The notes: generated by a model not told the origin, from the sequence alone. A stretch of 64,000 nucleotides of DNA from Ruminococcus sp. (GCA_017542475.1 JAFXXD010000024.1:1097-65096), one strand, 5' to 3'. Positions 1-10,846 are shown, counted from the stretch's first letter. Numbers and translations are program-made.

Positions 1-747
1 CTCGGCAAGCGCTCGCTCTCCGATACTATCTATAACGAGTCGGGGATCGGCACTGCTACGGACTGGCAGGTCAGCCAGTCGGATTTCAGGGCTTACCTCG
101 CAAAGACGAATCTTCTTGAGTATACGGGCTCTTTCGTCAAGGGCTACGCCGACTACTTCATCGAGGGCGATATCGCAGATCCGTCCGTGAATGCGAACGA
201 TATGGCTGAGTTCTTCATTCAGAACTCCGATGTTGCTGACGAGAGCTTCGACTATCAGCTCAGAACGTCAGATTACAATAAGATACGCACCACACTTGAG
301 CTCAAGGACACTGCTGACAACTTCTCCATCGAGAAGTGGAGCAAGAAGGCACACTTCGACCTCGCTAACCTCAACTTCGTGTTCTCGTATGTGACGCTCG
401 GCATTATCCTTGGTCTCGTCATAGTGCTGCTCGTCTGGATAGCGGTCATCGTTGACGGCAGAGGCAAGCACATCGTCGGTATGTACGGCAGTGTATTCTC
501 GTGCAGCGGCGGTATCGTCTTTGTTGTCGGACTTGCGGCTGTCGCAGGTACGGCTATCGCTCACATAGTTACAGGCTGGTTCATCTTCTACCTCTGCGCG
601 GCTCTGCTCCTGCCGTTCGGTGTTCTTGCACTCGGTGTGGGCGCGGTCGAGCTGCTGCTCGGATTCATCTTCAAGCGCATAAGACGCGGTATCAAGAATT
701 CCGACAAGAGGAACAAGGCTGTTGAAAAGGCGCTTATGGGCGTTTGA
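1..747 (+). CDS. Membrane protein, 5'-truncated by the window edge
   Basis: Frame 1 is open from base 1 (LGKRSLSDTIYNESG...) into the 187..747 ORF; the C-terminal half has about 3 hydrophobic segments; a terminator follows. Confidence 0.75.
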   Translation, partial: LGKRSLSDTIYNESGIGTATDWQVSQSDFRAYLAKTNLLEYTGSFVKGYADYFIEGDIADPSVNANDMAEFFIQNSDVADESFDYQLRTSDYNKIRTTLELKDTADNFSIEKWSKKAHFDLANLNFVFSYVTLGIILGLVIVLLVWIAVIVDGRGKHIVGMYGSVFSCSGGIVFVVGLAAVAGTAIAHIVTGWFIFYLCAALLLPFGVLALGVGAVELLLGFIFKRIRRGIKNSDKRNKAVEKALMGV

Positions 748-754
748 ACTACAT

Positions 755-783
755 AAAAAAGGACGGCGCTGCCGTCCTTTTTT
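755..783. terminator. Bidirectional intrinsic terminator
   Basis: aaaaaa-ggacggc-gct-gccgtcc-tttttt immediately after the stop at 747. Confidence 0.85.
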
Positions 784-798
784 GGTCGTAGAAAAATG

Positions 799-1079
799 TG
801 TAGGGGTCGATGCCTATATCGACCCGTCAAAACGACAAGGGCTGATGTGGGCATCAGCCCCTACACCAATCTAACCGTAGGGGCGAGTTCCGCTCGCCCG
901 TCTGTTTCCGAGGTCGTTCGGGCGCACGGAATGCGCCCCTACATATTCTTGTATGTGTAGGGACGACCATTGGTCGTCCGTTGATTAACTGCACGTTCGC
1001 GGACGCCCAAAGGGCGCCCCTACAAATCGTGTCAGGTGGTTTTTCACATATTGGCGGGCGGATAATATCCGCCACTACA
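799..1079. repeat. Cluster of 7 GTAG-type REP palindromes
   Basis: Units such as GTAGGGGCTGATGCCCACATCAGCCC, GTAGGGACGACCATTGGTCGTCCG and GTAGGGGCGCATTCCGTGCGCCCG, mostly arranged as inverted pairs (TGTAGGG...CCCTACA). Confidence 0.85.
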
Positions 1080-1082
1080 AAG

Positions 1083-1113
1083 AAAAGCAGGCTTTTGAAG
1101 CCTGCTTTTTTTT
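1083..1113 (-). terminator. Intrinsic terminator of secDF (bidirectional shape)
   Basis: aaaagcaggct-tttg-aagcctgctttttttt next to the secF stop. Confidence 0.8.
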
Positions 1114-1115
1114 GC

Positions 1116-2102
1116 TTATTCTTCGTTCTTCTTTTCCTTCTTGTCTTTCTTGTCTTTGCTCTCGCTGCCCTTCCACCATGACCATGTTACAGGTGCTACG
1201 AAGAGCGATGAGTAAGTACCCGAGATAAGACCTGCCATAAGCGGTACAGAGAAGCTGAGAAGCGAATTGTAGCCGCTTACGAGAACTACTATCGTTACTA
1301 CCAGCATTGTGCCGATAGTCGTGATAGATGTTCTTATCGAACGTGTGAGAGACTGCGAGCAGCCCGTATTGATGAGCTCGCTGAGCGAAGCCTTGGGCAT
1401 GAGCGTTCTGTTCTCACGGATTCTGTCGTAGATTACGATAGTGTTGTTGATCGAGTAACCGAGTATCGTGAGGATTACCGCTACGATGTTAGAGTTGAAC
1501 TCGAAGCCGCATATAATTGATACCGCAAGGGCAACCAGTATATCGTGGCAGAGTGCGAATATCGAGCATACACCCGCCGACCAGCCGCCTATCTTGCTGA
1601 ATCTGATAGCGATGTAGATGATTATGATGACAGCCGCAAATACCATTGCAAGCAGGCACTTCAGCAGGAACTCACGTCCCGATGAAGGGCTGACATCGTT
1701 CGAGTCGAAGAGCTCGAGCTCGTTGTCGGGGAATGCCTCGCGGAGCTTTTCGGTCAGCTCGTGCTGTCCGTCTGCGTTGAGACCCTCATTCGATGTGAAC
1801 GAGACGGTTATCTGGTAGCCGTCGGAATCGAGGCTCTCGCCGCGTCTTACGCTTACGTTTGAGTTAACGAGCTTCTCTACCTCTGCATCGACATCGTCGG
1901 TGCTGAGGTCGCCCGTGTAGGAGTAGGTCAGCATTGTGCCGCCCTTGAATTCGATAGCGAACTTTACGCCTCTGATGAGTGCTCCCGCGATGAGTGCGAC
2001 TACTACGCATACCGCGATGATGAGTATCATTTTCTTCTTTGAACAGAAGTCGTATACCTTTCCTGTCACTACAGGAGCTGTGTTTGTCTTTTTCTTGCTC
2101 AC
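1116..2102 (-). CDS. secF: Protein translocase subunit SecF
   Basis: IEFKGGT motif, GYSINNTIVIYDRIRE, LTRSIRTSITT; GTG start overlaps the secD stop. Confidence 0.95.
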   Translation of the reverse strand: MSKKKTNTAPVVTGKVYDFCSKKKMILIIAVCVVVALIAGALIRGVKFAIEFKGGTMLTYSYTGDLSTDDVDAEVEKLVNSNVSVRRGESLDSDGYQITVSFTSNEGLNADGQHELTEKLREAFPDNELELFDSNDVSPSSGREFLLKCLLAMVFAAVIIIIYIAIRFSKIGGWSAGVCSIFALCHDILVALAVSIICGFEFNSNIVAVILTILGYSINNTIVIYDRIRENRTLMPKASLSELINTGCSQSLTRSIRTSITTIGTMLVVTIVVLVSGYNSLLSFSVPLMAGLISGTYSSLFVAPVTWSWWKGSESKDKKDKKEKKNEE

Positions 2103-3508
2103 TTCTGATCACCTCCGTAAAGCTTTCTGTTTGTCACGAGCTTGGAAAGTGATGTGACCATAAGTCTCGAAGCGAATACTCCGAAGATGAAGTTGCAGAT
2201 AACGCCTGCGAGGAGCGTGAAGCCGAATGAGTAAACAACGCCCTCGGCTGTTGCGCCGAACATAAAGAATATCGTTCTGTTGAGTATCTTCGAGAAGAAG
2301 CTCGAAGGTACGCCGAACGCGCCCATAAGGATTATCGCGATGATAACGTTTGTGATGTTGCCGTCGAGGATAGCTGTGAACGCTCTCTTATAGGCTACGC
2401 TGATAGCGGAGTCGAGCGACTTGCCCGAGCGGAGCTCTTCCTTGATGCGCTCGCCTGTGATGATGTTGGCGTCAACGCCCATACCTACGGCGAGGATGAT
2501 ACCTGCGATACCGGGAATAGTCAGCGTCGAGCCGGGCTGGAATCCGAACCAGCCTGTTACAGCCGCGATAGAGCCTGCTACCTGTCCGATAAGAGCTATA
2601 ACAGCTACGAAGCCGGGGATACGGTAGAGAACTATCATATATACTGCGATGAGTGCGAATGCTATGTAAGCCGCAAGCAGGATAGCGTCGAGCGAGCCCT
2701 CACCCATTGTAGGCGAGATGGTCTTGAAGCTCTTGGTCTCTATCTTGAAGGGAAGCGCACCTGAATTGATCTGGTCGGCGAGCTTCTTTGCGCTCTCGCT
2801 GGTGAAATTGCCTGTGATGACAGCGTTTCCGTCCGAGATAGCGGAGCTTACCGTAGGAGCGGATATCATCGTGCTGTCCATCCATATCGAGATAGGTGTG
2901 GACGAGCCTGCAAGCTCGAGAGTAGCTGCTGCGAACTTGTCCTTGCCCTCGCTGTTGAGCTTGAGGGTAACTACCCACTCGTAGTTGCCTGTAGAATCGG
3001 GCTGCTGAGTGTATCCTGCGGACTCGATATCGGAACCGCTTATTACGAGCTCGCCCGAAGGAACAGCGTTGCCGTCCTCGTCGGTAGTGGTATCTGTGCC
3101 CTTTCTGAATGTGAGCTCTGCCATTTCACCGAGCTCCTTAACAGCGGCTTCGGGGTCGAAATTGCTCTCGCCCGCCTGCCACGGGAAACGTACTATGATT
3201 CTGTCGCTCTTGCCGTCGCTGTAGAGCTCGTTATCGTTGATTCCGAGCGATGCGAGACGAGTCTTGATTACCTCGGTAGCTGCGTCGAGCTGCTCATCGG
3301 TAGCGTCGTAGTCGCCCGCAGGAGCGAAGGTAACGTCAACGCCGCCCTTGATGTCGATACCGAGACGGATATCGTCCACGCCCTTTATCACCGTTGTCTT
3401 GTTGTCAGCATAGAGATAATCAAATCCTGTGACAGCCGAAACGGCGAACAGCGCGATCAAAGCAACGACGATGAAGAAAGTGGATTTACCTGTCTTTTTC
3501 ACGGTCAT
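2099..3508 (-). CDS. secD: Protein translocase subunit SecD
   Basis: LGIDIKGG, GALP, ISPTMG, GMGVDANIITGERIKEE and AILDGNIT motifs; GGAGG RBS. Confidence 0.95.
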   Translation of the reverse strand: MTVKKTGKSTFFIVVALIALFAVSAVTGFDYLYADNKTTVIKGVDDIRLGIDIKGGVDVTFAPAGDYDATDEQLDAATEVIKTRLASLGINDNELYSDGKSDRIIVRFPWQAGESNFDPEAAVKELGEMAELTFRKGTDTTTDEDGNAVPSGELVISGSDIESAGYTQQPDSTGNYEWVVTLKLNSEGKDKFAAATLELAGSSTPISIWMDSTMISAPTVSSAISDGNAVITGNFTSESAKKLADQINSGALPFKIETKSFKTISPTMGEGSLDAILLAAYIAFALIAVYMIVLYRIPGFVAVIALIGQVAGSIAAVTGWFGFQPGSTLTIPGIAGIILAVGMGVDANIITGERIKEELRSGKSLDSAISVAYKRAFTAILDGNITNVIIAIILMGAFGVPSSFFSKILNRTIFFMFGATAEGVVYSFGFTLLAGVICNFIFGVFASRLMVTSLSKLVTNRKLYGGDQK

Positions 3509-3635
3509 GTGCCTCCTATTACTTATGAACGTCCTGACACTGTTTCACAGCGTCCGACGCCTTGATATTTACACGGAAACAACTTTTCGGGGGCAGCCTG
3601 TGACCTCGGTGCGAGTCTCCGCGACAATTACAATT

Positions 3636-3664
3636 ATTGTACTATATTTCAAGAAAAAAGTCAA
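3636..3664 (-). promoter_or_regulatory. SigA promoter of secDF
   Basis: Minus strand TTGACT-17 bp-TACAAT, about 120 nt upstream of the secD start. Confidence 0.65.
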
Positions 3665-3763
3665 GTACATTGCAATATAAATGCCCATAATTCTTAAATA
3701 TGCACAAGTTGAGCCGCTCTCTGTAATGCATTATGCATAATTAAGAGCTGTTAGACTTTAGCT

Positions 3764-3890
3764 TGCAGGGGCGGCGTTGCGCCGCCCGTCGTGCTAAATA
3801 CGCAATGCGGGCGCCCAAAGGGCGCCCCTGCAATGGCTGAATGAAATCAATTTGTTTATTGGCGGGACGTCGAGGACGCCGTCCCCTACA
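3764..3890. repeat. Cluster of 3 REP palindromes (two have a GCAG tag)
   Basis: GCAGGGGCGGCGTTGCGCCGCCCG; reverse complement GCAGGGGCGCCCTTTGGGCGCCCGC; reverse complement GTAGGGGACGGCGTCCTCGACGTCCCGCC. Confidence 0.8.
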
Positions 3891-3897
3891 TAAGCTG

Positions 3898-4060
3898 CCC
3901 GCCGAAAGCAGACTGCACCTTTTGTAAGAAGTGAGCGAGTTTACGAGCGGCAACGAAATTCGGGTTCAAAGGGACTGTGTCCCTTTGCAGGGTTCGGGGC
4001 AGAGCCCTTGCAGAATCCAAGGACAGCGTCCTTGGCGGATTCCAAAGGCAGAGCCTTTGG
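3898..4060 (+). repeat. Head-plus-hairpin element, copy 1 (4 modules)
   Basis: 63-nt head cccgccgaaagcagactg...gagcgagtttacgagcgg followed by 4 short hairpins; the element abuts the atpC stop. Confidence 0.8.
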
Positions 4061-4471
4061 TTATTTGAAGTGCTTCTGTGATATTTTCAGACGGTTCATC
4101 GCACGGTTCAGTGCTGCCTGCGTCTCGTAATACTCGCGTATGCTCTGCTTCTGGCGCATCTGCTCCTCCGCACGCTCGCGGGCCTCCTCGGCGCGCTTGA
4201 TGTCTATCTCCTCGGGCAGCTCGCACGAATCTGCCAGTATTACCGCCCTGTCGGGCATTATCTGTATGAAGCCCTCGGATATCGCGGCATAGTGCCACTC
4301 GCCGTCTATCATATATTTCAGCTCGCCTGTCGGGAGCGACGTTACAAGCGGCTCGTGTCCGGGAAGTATTCCGAGAAGTCCGTCTATCGCGGTTATGACA
4401 AGGTGCTCAACATCGCCCTTGAAGAATACTCTGTCCGTGGCGATTATCTCAAGGTAGAAGGTCTTTGCCAT
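4061..4471 (-). CDS. atpC: F1Fo ATP synthase subunit epsilon
   Basis: LGILPGHEPLV, ISEGFIQI, EEIDIKRAEEARERAE; last gene of the atp operon. Confidence 0.97.
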   Translation of the reverse strand: MAKTFYLEIIATDRVFFKGDVEHLVITAIDGLLGILPGHEPLVTSLPTGELKYMIDGEWHYAAISEGFIQIMPDRAVILADSCELPEEIDIKRAEEARERAEEQMRQKQSIREYYETQAALNRAMNRLKISQKHFK

Positions 4472-4475
4472 AGGC

Positions 4476-5987
<1,512 letters not shown>

Positions 5988-6896
5988 TCATTTGTTAAGC
6001 GAAGCCGCGCCGCCGCAGACCTCCGTTATCTCCTGAGTTATTGCCGCCTGACGTGCGCGGTTGTACATCAGTGAGAGGTCGTGTATCATTTCCTTGGCGC
6101 TGTTCGTGGCGGCGTCCATTGCCGTCATTCGCGACTGCTGCTCGCAGCAGAACGCCTCGACCATTGCGCCGTAGATTATGCCCTTTGCATAGTTCGGGAT
6201 AAGGTACTCCATTACCTTCTCGGGCGACGGCAGGAATGCCGCCTTCGGCAGCTTCTTCATCGTGCCGTCGGGAGCCTTGCCGAAATGCCTTCTCTCGAAC
6301 GGCAGCAGGCGAACCGTGCGGGTCTCCTGAAGGTTCGAGTTTATCATATCCGTGTAGAGCACATATACCTCGTCGAGCTCGTGCTGCTCGAACTTTGCTA
6401 TCACGCGCTCGGCTATCTCCTTGGCGCGGTAGAGAGTCGGGTTCTGCGTGGTGTACAGGAACTCGCCGTCAACTGCCGCATTTCCGCCCGAATTCATACG
6501 GCGCTGGAAATACATACGTCCTACCTGTCCGATGACGAAGAGGTAGCAGTTGTCTATATCGGGAGCCTCCGCGAGGGTCTGCTCAGTGTATTTGAGGATA
6601 TTGTGGTTGTAGCTTCCGCACAGTCCCTTGTCCGCCGTTATGACGATATAGCCCTTCTTGCGCTTCTCGTCGGGTATGTCGGAGCGCCTGTCGAAGAAGA
6701 GCTGGCGCGTGTGCGGAGTGTGCTCGAGGACGTTCTCGATGGTCTCCTGTAATTTATAGAAGTAGGGCTCGGTGGAATCGAGCGCCGTTCTCGCCTTTTT
6801 CAGCTTTGACGAGGATATGAGATACATCGCGTTGGTTATCTTCAGTATCTGCTGTATGCTCGCTATCCTCTCGCGTATCTCTCTGATATTGGGCAT
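5988..6896 (-). CDS. atpG: F1Fo ATP synthase subunit gamma
   Basis: KITNAMYLIS, ITADKGLCGSYN, SRMTAMDAATNSA, YNRARQAAITQEITE. Confidence 0.98.
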   Translation of the reverse strand: MPNIREIRERIASIQQILKITNAMYLISSSKLKKARTALDSTEPYFYKLQETIENVLEHTPHTRQLFFDRRSDIPDEKRKKGYIVITADKGLCGSYNHNILKYTEQTLAEAPDIDNCYLFVIGQVGRMYFQRRMNSGGNAAVDGEFLYTTQNPTLYRAKEIAERVIAKFEQHELDEVYVLYTDMINSNLQETRTVRLLPFERRHFGKAPDGTMKKLPKAAFLPSPEKVMEYLIPNYAKGIIYGAMVEAFCCEQQSRMTAMDAATNSAKEMIHDLSLMYNRARQAAITQEITEVCGGAASLNK

Positions 6897-6907
6897 AGAC
6901 TCACCCC

Positions 6908-8935
6908 TTACTCCTCGAACGCGGTAACGATGCGCTCGATACGCTCGCCGAGGTCGTCGGTCATGACCTTGTTCTCCTCAATTTCGGAGATGATGTCCTG
7001 TCCGTAGGACTCGATGTACGTCATAAGGTCGTTCACGTACTCCCTCAGCTCTGAGAGCGGCGTGTACTCGAACAGCCCGTGCTGTGCCGCGTACAGCAGT
7101 ATTACCTGCTTATAGTGGGGCATCGGGTTGTAGAGCGGCTGCTTGAGCAGCTCCGTGAGCATACGTCCGTGAGCGAGGAGCTCTGCCGTGGACTGGTCGA
7201 GCTCGGACGAGAACTGCGTGAATATCTCCATTTCCTTGAACTGGGCAAGGTCGATACGGAGATTTCCCGCCGCCTTCTTCATAGCCTTGGTCTGAGCTGC
7301 ACCGCCGACACGCGATACGGAAAGTCCGTAGTTTACGGCGGGGCGCTGTCCCGAATTGAACAGCTCGCTTTCGAGGAATATCTGTCCGTCGGTTATGGAG
7401 ATCACGTTTGTCGGGATATATGCCGAAATATCGCCCGCAAGTGTCTCGATTATCGGGAGCGCGGTCAGCGAGCCGCCGCCGTGCTCGTCGTCGAGGCGGC
7501 TCGAGCGCTCGAGCAGTCTCGAATGGAGGTAGAATACGTCGCCGGGGTAGGCTTCACGTCCCGGGGGACGGTGCAGCAGCAGCGACATCGCGCGGTAGGC
7601 TACGGCGTGCTTGGAGAGGTCATCGTACACGATGAGGACGTCCTTGCCCTTCGACATAAAGTATTCAGCCATCGCCGTGCCCGAATAGGGGGCGATATAC
7701 TGGAAGGGAGCCTGATCGCTCGCAGAGGCGCAGACTACGACCGTATAGGGCATAGCTCCGAACTTCTTGAGCATATTCACTACCTGCGCCACTGTCGAGG
7801 ACTTCTGTCCGATAGCGACATAGACGCAGATGACGTCCTTGCCCTTCTGATTTATAATGGTATCAATGGCGATAGAGGTCTTGCCCGTCTGTCTGTCGCC
7901 GATTATGAGCTCACGCTGTCCTCTGCCTATTGGGAACATCGAGTCGATAGCGAGGATACCCGTCTGGAGCGGCACGCTTACGGGCTTGCGCTCGATAACG
8001 CCCGGAGCCTCGCGCTCTATCGGGAAGTAATCGTCAGCGCGGATAGGTCCGAGACCGTCGATAGGTGCCCCGAGCGCGTCAACTACTCTGCCGAGGAGCT
8101 CGTCGCTCACACCTATGCCTGCTCTCTTGCCTGTGCGGACTACCGTCGAGCCCTCGGAAAGTCCCGAATCGTCGCCGAGAAGTACGACTCCGACCGACTT
8201 TTCCTCAAGGTTCTGAACTATGCCGCGTATGCCCGTCTCGAACTCCACGAGCTCGCCGTACATAACGCCGCTCATGCCGTATACAGTGGCGATACCGTCG
8301 CCGAGCCTTGTTACGTAGCCCGTCTCGGTCGCACCGTTCTTGACCTCGAAGTCCCTGACCTCGGTCTTGAGCACGGATATGATGTCGCCCGAGGTGAGCT
8401 TCTCCTTGCCGCTCTCGGCGACCTCTGCCGCCTTGGTCTGCATAAGGTCGCGCATTGCGCGGAGGCTCGTGCGGTAGCTGCGGTCGTACTCGACGTCGCC
8501 CGCATTGAGGATAAAGCCGCCGATGATGTCGGGGTCTTTGCGGTATTCTATGTCAACGTCGTCCTTAATGAATTTCTCCATTATGAACTTGCGCAGGTCA
8601 GCCTGCTGAGACTCGGTAAGCGGCGTCACATAGCGCACTACCGCCTTTATGCTGCCCTGCTTTTCGAGGAGTATCTCCTCGTATTCCTCAAATATCTCGC
8701 CGAGCTCGCCTATCGCGCCGTCCCTTACTGCCGTAGACATAAAGCGTTCGAGGCTCGCGGGGAAGAGCTGCTTGATGATATTGTGCTTCTCGTCGTATGT
8801 AACGAGGGGATTCGAGAGCGTATCCGCCACGTCGGGACAGGTCTCGATGACCGTTCTTGCGGCATTGATGTCCTCGCGCTGTATGTCGAGGCGGACAAGC
8901 TCCTTCACAAGAGCCTTATCTGTATCCTTCATCAC
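6908..8935 (-). CDS. atpA: F1Fo ATP synthase delta-alpha fusion protein
   Basis: aa 1-165 are delta/OSCP-like ([34 protein letters not shown]); alpha begins at about aa 179 ([35 protein letters not shown]); there is no stop between them and no separate atpH. Confidence 0.93.
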   Translation of the reverse strand: MMKDTDKALVKELVRLDIQREDINAARTVIETCPDVADTLSNPLVTYDEKHNIIKQLFPASLERFMSTAVRDGAIGELGEIFEEYEEILLEKQGSIKAVVRYVTPLTESQQADLRKFIMEKFIKDDVDIEYRKDPDIIGGFILNAGDVEYDRSYRTSLRAMRDLMQTKAAEVAESGKEKLTSGDIISVLKTEVRDFEVKNGATETGYVTRLGDGIATVYGMSGVMYGELVEFETGIRGIVQNLEEKSVGVVLLGDDSGLSEGSTVVRTGKRAGIGVSDELLGRVVDALGAPIDGLGPIRADDYFPIEREAPGVIERKPVSVPLQTGILAIDSMFPIGRGQRELIIGDRQTGKTSIAIDTIINQKGKDVICVYVAIGQKSSTVAQVVNMLKKFGAMPYTVVVCASASDQAPFQYIAPYSGTAMAEYFMSKGKDVLIVYDDLSKHAVAYRAMSLLLHRPPGREAYPGDVFYLHSRLLERSSRLDDEHGGGSLTALPIIETLAGDISAYIPTNVISITDGQIFLESELFNSGQRPAVNYGLSVSRVGGAAQTKAMKKAAGNLRIDLAQFKEMEIFTQFSSELDQSTAELLAHGRMLTELLKQPLYNPMPHYKQVILLYAAQHGLFEYTPLSELREYVNDLMTYIESYGQDIISEIEENKVMTDDLGERIERIVTAFEE

Positions 8936-9420
8936 TTGTCACCCTCCCTCTCGGAAAGGAACTCATCGACAAGCTTCCTGTTCTTTTCGTCGTCGAGGTT
9001 CGCGCCGACCACCTTTGAAGCCGCCTCGATAGCGAGGTCTGCTATCTGCGACTGTGCCTGCTGGAGCACACGTCTGCGCTCGTTCTCGATGGTCTCGCTC
9101 GCGGCGCTGACTATCTCGTCAGCCTCCTCGTGCGACTTCTGTATGATATTCGAGCGCTCGGTCTCGGCGTCGTCGTGAGCCTTCATTATGATGCGGCTCG
9201 CCTCCTCCTTCGCCTCGCTGATAGTGTCCGAATACTGCTGGCGGAGCGCCTCTGCCTCCTGCTTTGCCTTTTCGGCGTCGTCGATGTCCTTCTGGATCGA
9301 CTGCGTCCTCTCGTTCATCGCCTTTCTGACGGGCTTGAAGAGGAATATCCTGAGCAGTATGAAGAGTATGAGGACGTTTGCGACCGCCTCAAAAATGCTC
9401 CAGAATTCAAATTTAAGCAT
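8932..9420 (-). CDS. atpF: F1Fo ATP synthase subunit b
   Basis: N-terminal TM with FLFKPV followed by a long charged helix; its stop overlaps the next start (ATGA). Confidence 0.95.
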   Translation of the reverse strand: MLKFEFWSIFEAVANVLILFILLRIFLFKPVRKAMNERTQSIQKDIDDAEKAKQEAEALRQQYSDTISEAKEEASRIIMKAHDDAETERSNIIQKSHEEADEIVSAASETIENERRRVLQQAQSQIADLAIEAASKVVGANLDDEKNRKLVDEFLSEREGDK

Positions 9421-9456
9421 TGTATGCCCTCCTTATGTGAGTTTTGCTGCGGGTCC

Positions 9457-9684
9457 TTACTTGCTTCCGAGCATAATGATGATAAGGAGCGCTATAACGA
9501 AGCCGTATACAGCGGTAGCCTCTGCGAGCGCACAGCCGATGATGAGCGATGTTCTTATGTCGCCCTTAGCCTCGGGCTGGCGGGCAATGGACTCTGTAGC
9601 CTTTGCCGTCGCGATTCCTATGCCTATACCTGCGCCTATGCCCGTGAGTACGGCTACAGCGGCGCCCAGTGCGATGATTCCCAT
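9457..9684 (-). CDS. atpE: F1Fo ATP synthase subunit c, copy 2
   Basis: GIGAGIGIG, ARQPE loop and conserved Glu in LAEATAVY; own GGAGG RBS. Confidence 0.97.
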   Translation of the reverse strand: MGIIALGAAVAVLTGIGAGIGIGIATAKATESIARQPEAKGDIRTSLIIGCALAEATAVYGFVIALLIIIMLGSK

Positions 9685-9704
9685 ATTACTTTACCTCCGA
9701 GTTG

Positions 9705-9932
9705 TTACTTGCTTCCGAGCATTATGATGATGAGGAGCGCTATAACGAAGCCGTATACAGCGGTAGCCTCCGCGAGCGCACAGCCGATGATGAGCGATGT
9801 TCTTATGTCGCCCTTAGCCTCGGGCTGGCGGGCAATGGACTCTGTAGCCTTTGCCGTTGCGATACCTATACCTATTCCTGCGCCTATGCCCGTAAGTACG
9901 GCAACAGCGGCGCCCAGTGCGATGATTCCCAT
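9705..9932 (-). CDS. atpE: F1Fo ATP synthase subunit c, copy 1
   Basis: Protein identical to copy 2; 9 synonymous differences; own GGAGG RBS. Confidence 0.97.
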   Translation of the reverse strand: MGIIALGAAVAVLTGIGAGIGIGIATAKATESIARQPEAKGDIRTSLIIGCALAEATAVYGFVIALLIIIMLGSK

Positions 9933-9938
9933 ATGTAT

Positions 9939-10679
9939 TTACCTCCGTGAAGTTGCGGCTTTTTTAGCCTTTTTCAGTTTTTTTCCGCCGTGTTCCTCTT
10001 CCTCCATTGCCTCTGTCATATACAGTGTGGTGAGGAATACGAATATATAAGCTTGGAGAAGTCCGTCAAATATGTCGAAGTAGGCGCTGAATATAACGGG
10101 TACTCCGATAGCGGGGACTCCGATGACTGTCGTGAAGGCGAGCTTTATCAGCTCCATTACTACGAATGCGCCGAGGACGTTTCCGAAAAGTCGCATACAC
10201 AGCGACAGCGGACGCGTGACAAGGTCGAGCACGTTTATCGGGTTGAGGAAGCTCTTCAGCCATTTCAGCGGTCCCTTCTCTATGATGAATGACAGCTGCA
10301 CGAATATGATGGCTATCCCCGCAAGCGCCGCCGTGACGTTGATGTCCTTCGTCGGCGGTACGAAGCCGAACAAGCCCATAAGGTTCGCAAAGGCTATGTA
10401 GATTATCAGCGTTTCGAGGAAGGAAAGGTATTTCCTGCCCTTTTCTCCGAGTATGTCGAGGAAGAGCTTATCCAGCCAGCCGACGATACCCTCGATTATG
10501 CACTGCTTGCCCGTGGGCACCTTTTTCAGCCCGTGGGTGAATATTATCGACAGCAGTACGACCACTGCCATTATTATCCACGTTACCACACACGATTCGG
10601 CGATGGGTATGTCCAGACCGAACAGATGCAGCGTAAAGGCGGTATGGTTTTCGAGCCCTTCCATCAGCTCTTCTGCCAT
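9939..10679 (-). CDS. atpB: F1Fo ATP synthase subunit a
   Basis: PPTKDINVT, RPLSLCMRLFGN (essential Arg), LLQAYIFVFLT; start reassigned to MAEELMEG. Confidence 0.96.
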   Translation of the reverse strand: MAEELMEGLENHTAFTLHLFGLDIPIAESCVVTWIIMAVVVLLSIIFTHGLKKVPTGKQCIIEGIVGWLDKLFLDILGEKGRKYLSFLETLIIYIAFANLMGLFGFVPPTKDINVTAALAGIAIIFVQLSFIIEKGPLKWLKSFLNPINVLDLVTRPLSLCMRLFGNVLGAFVVMELIKLAFTTVIGVPAIGVPVIFSAYFDIFDGLLQAYIFVFLTTLYMTEAMEEEEHGGKKLKKAKKAATSRR

Positions 10680-10846
10680 TATAACACCCTCTTTCATCCT
10701 TAAAAATAATAAACGGAGACTGCGTGCGTGCATATCTCCGTTGATAAGTCAGCAATAGCGGTATGCAAAGTCTGTATCGGACCGCATATTCCGATACTTA
10801 TATAATATAACAAAACTTTAACAAAGTCAATACCTTTGTGGAAATT

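Noticed and set aside
799-1079. REP clusters or head-plus-hairpin arrays read as CRISPR arrays
   Set aside because: Units differ in sequence, alternate in orientation and are irregularly spaced; there are no cas genes in the window.
7079-9178. Long antisense ORFs (7079..9178, 29057..31159, 32779..35157, 35385..36716 and many smaller ones)
   Set aside because: They are shadows of well-supported genes in GC-rich, codon-biased DNA, with no RBS or recognisable motifs.
9457-9932. atpE duplication as an assembly artefact, or as a Na+-type ring
   Set aside because: Nine synonymous differences and distinct upstream spacers argue it is real; the Na+-binding residues are absent.
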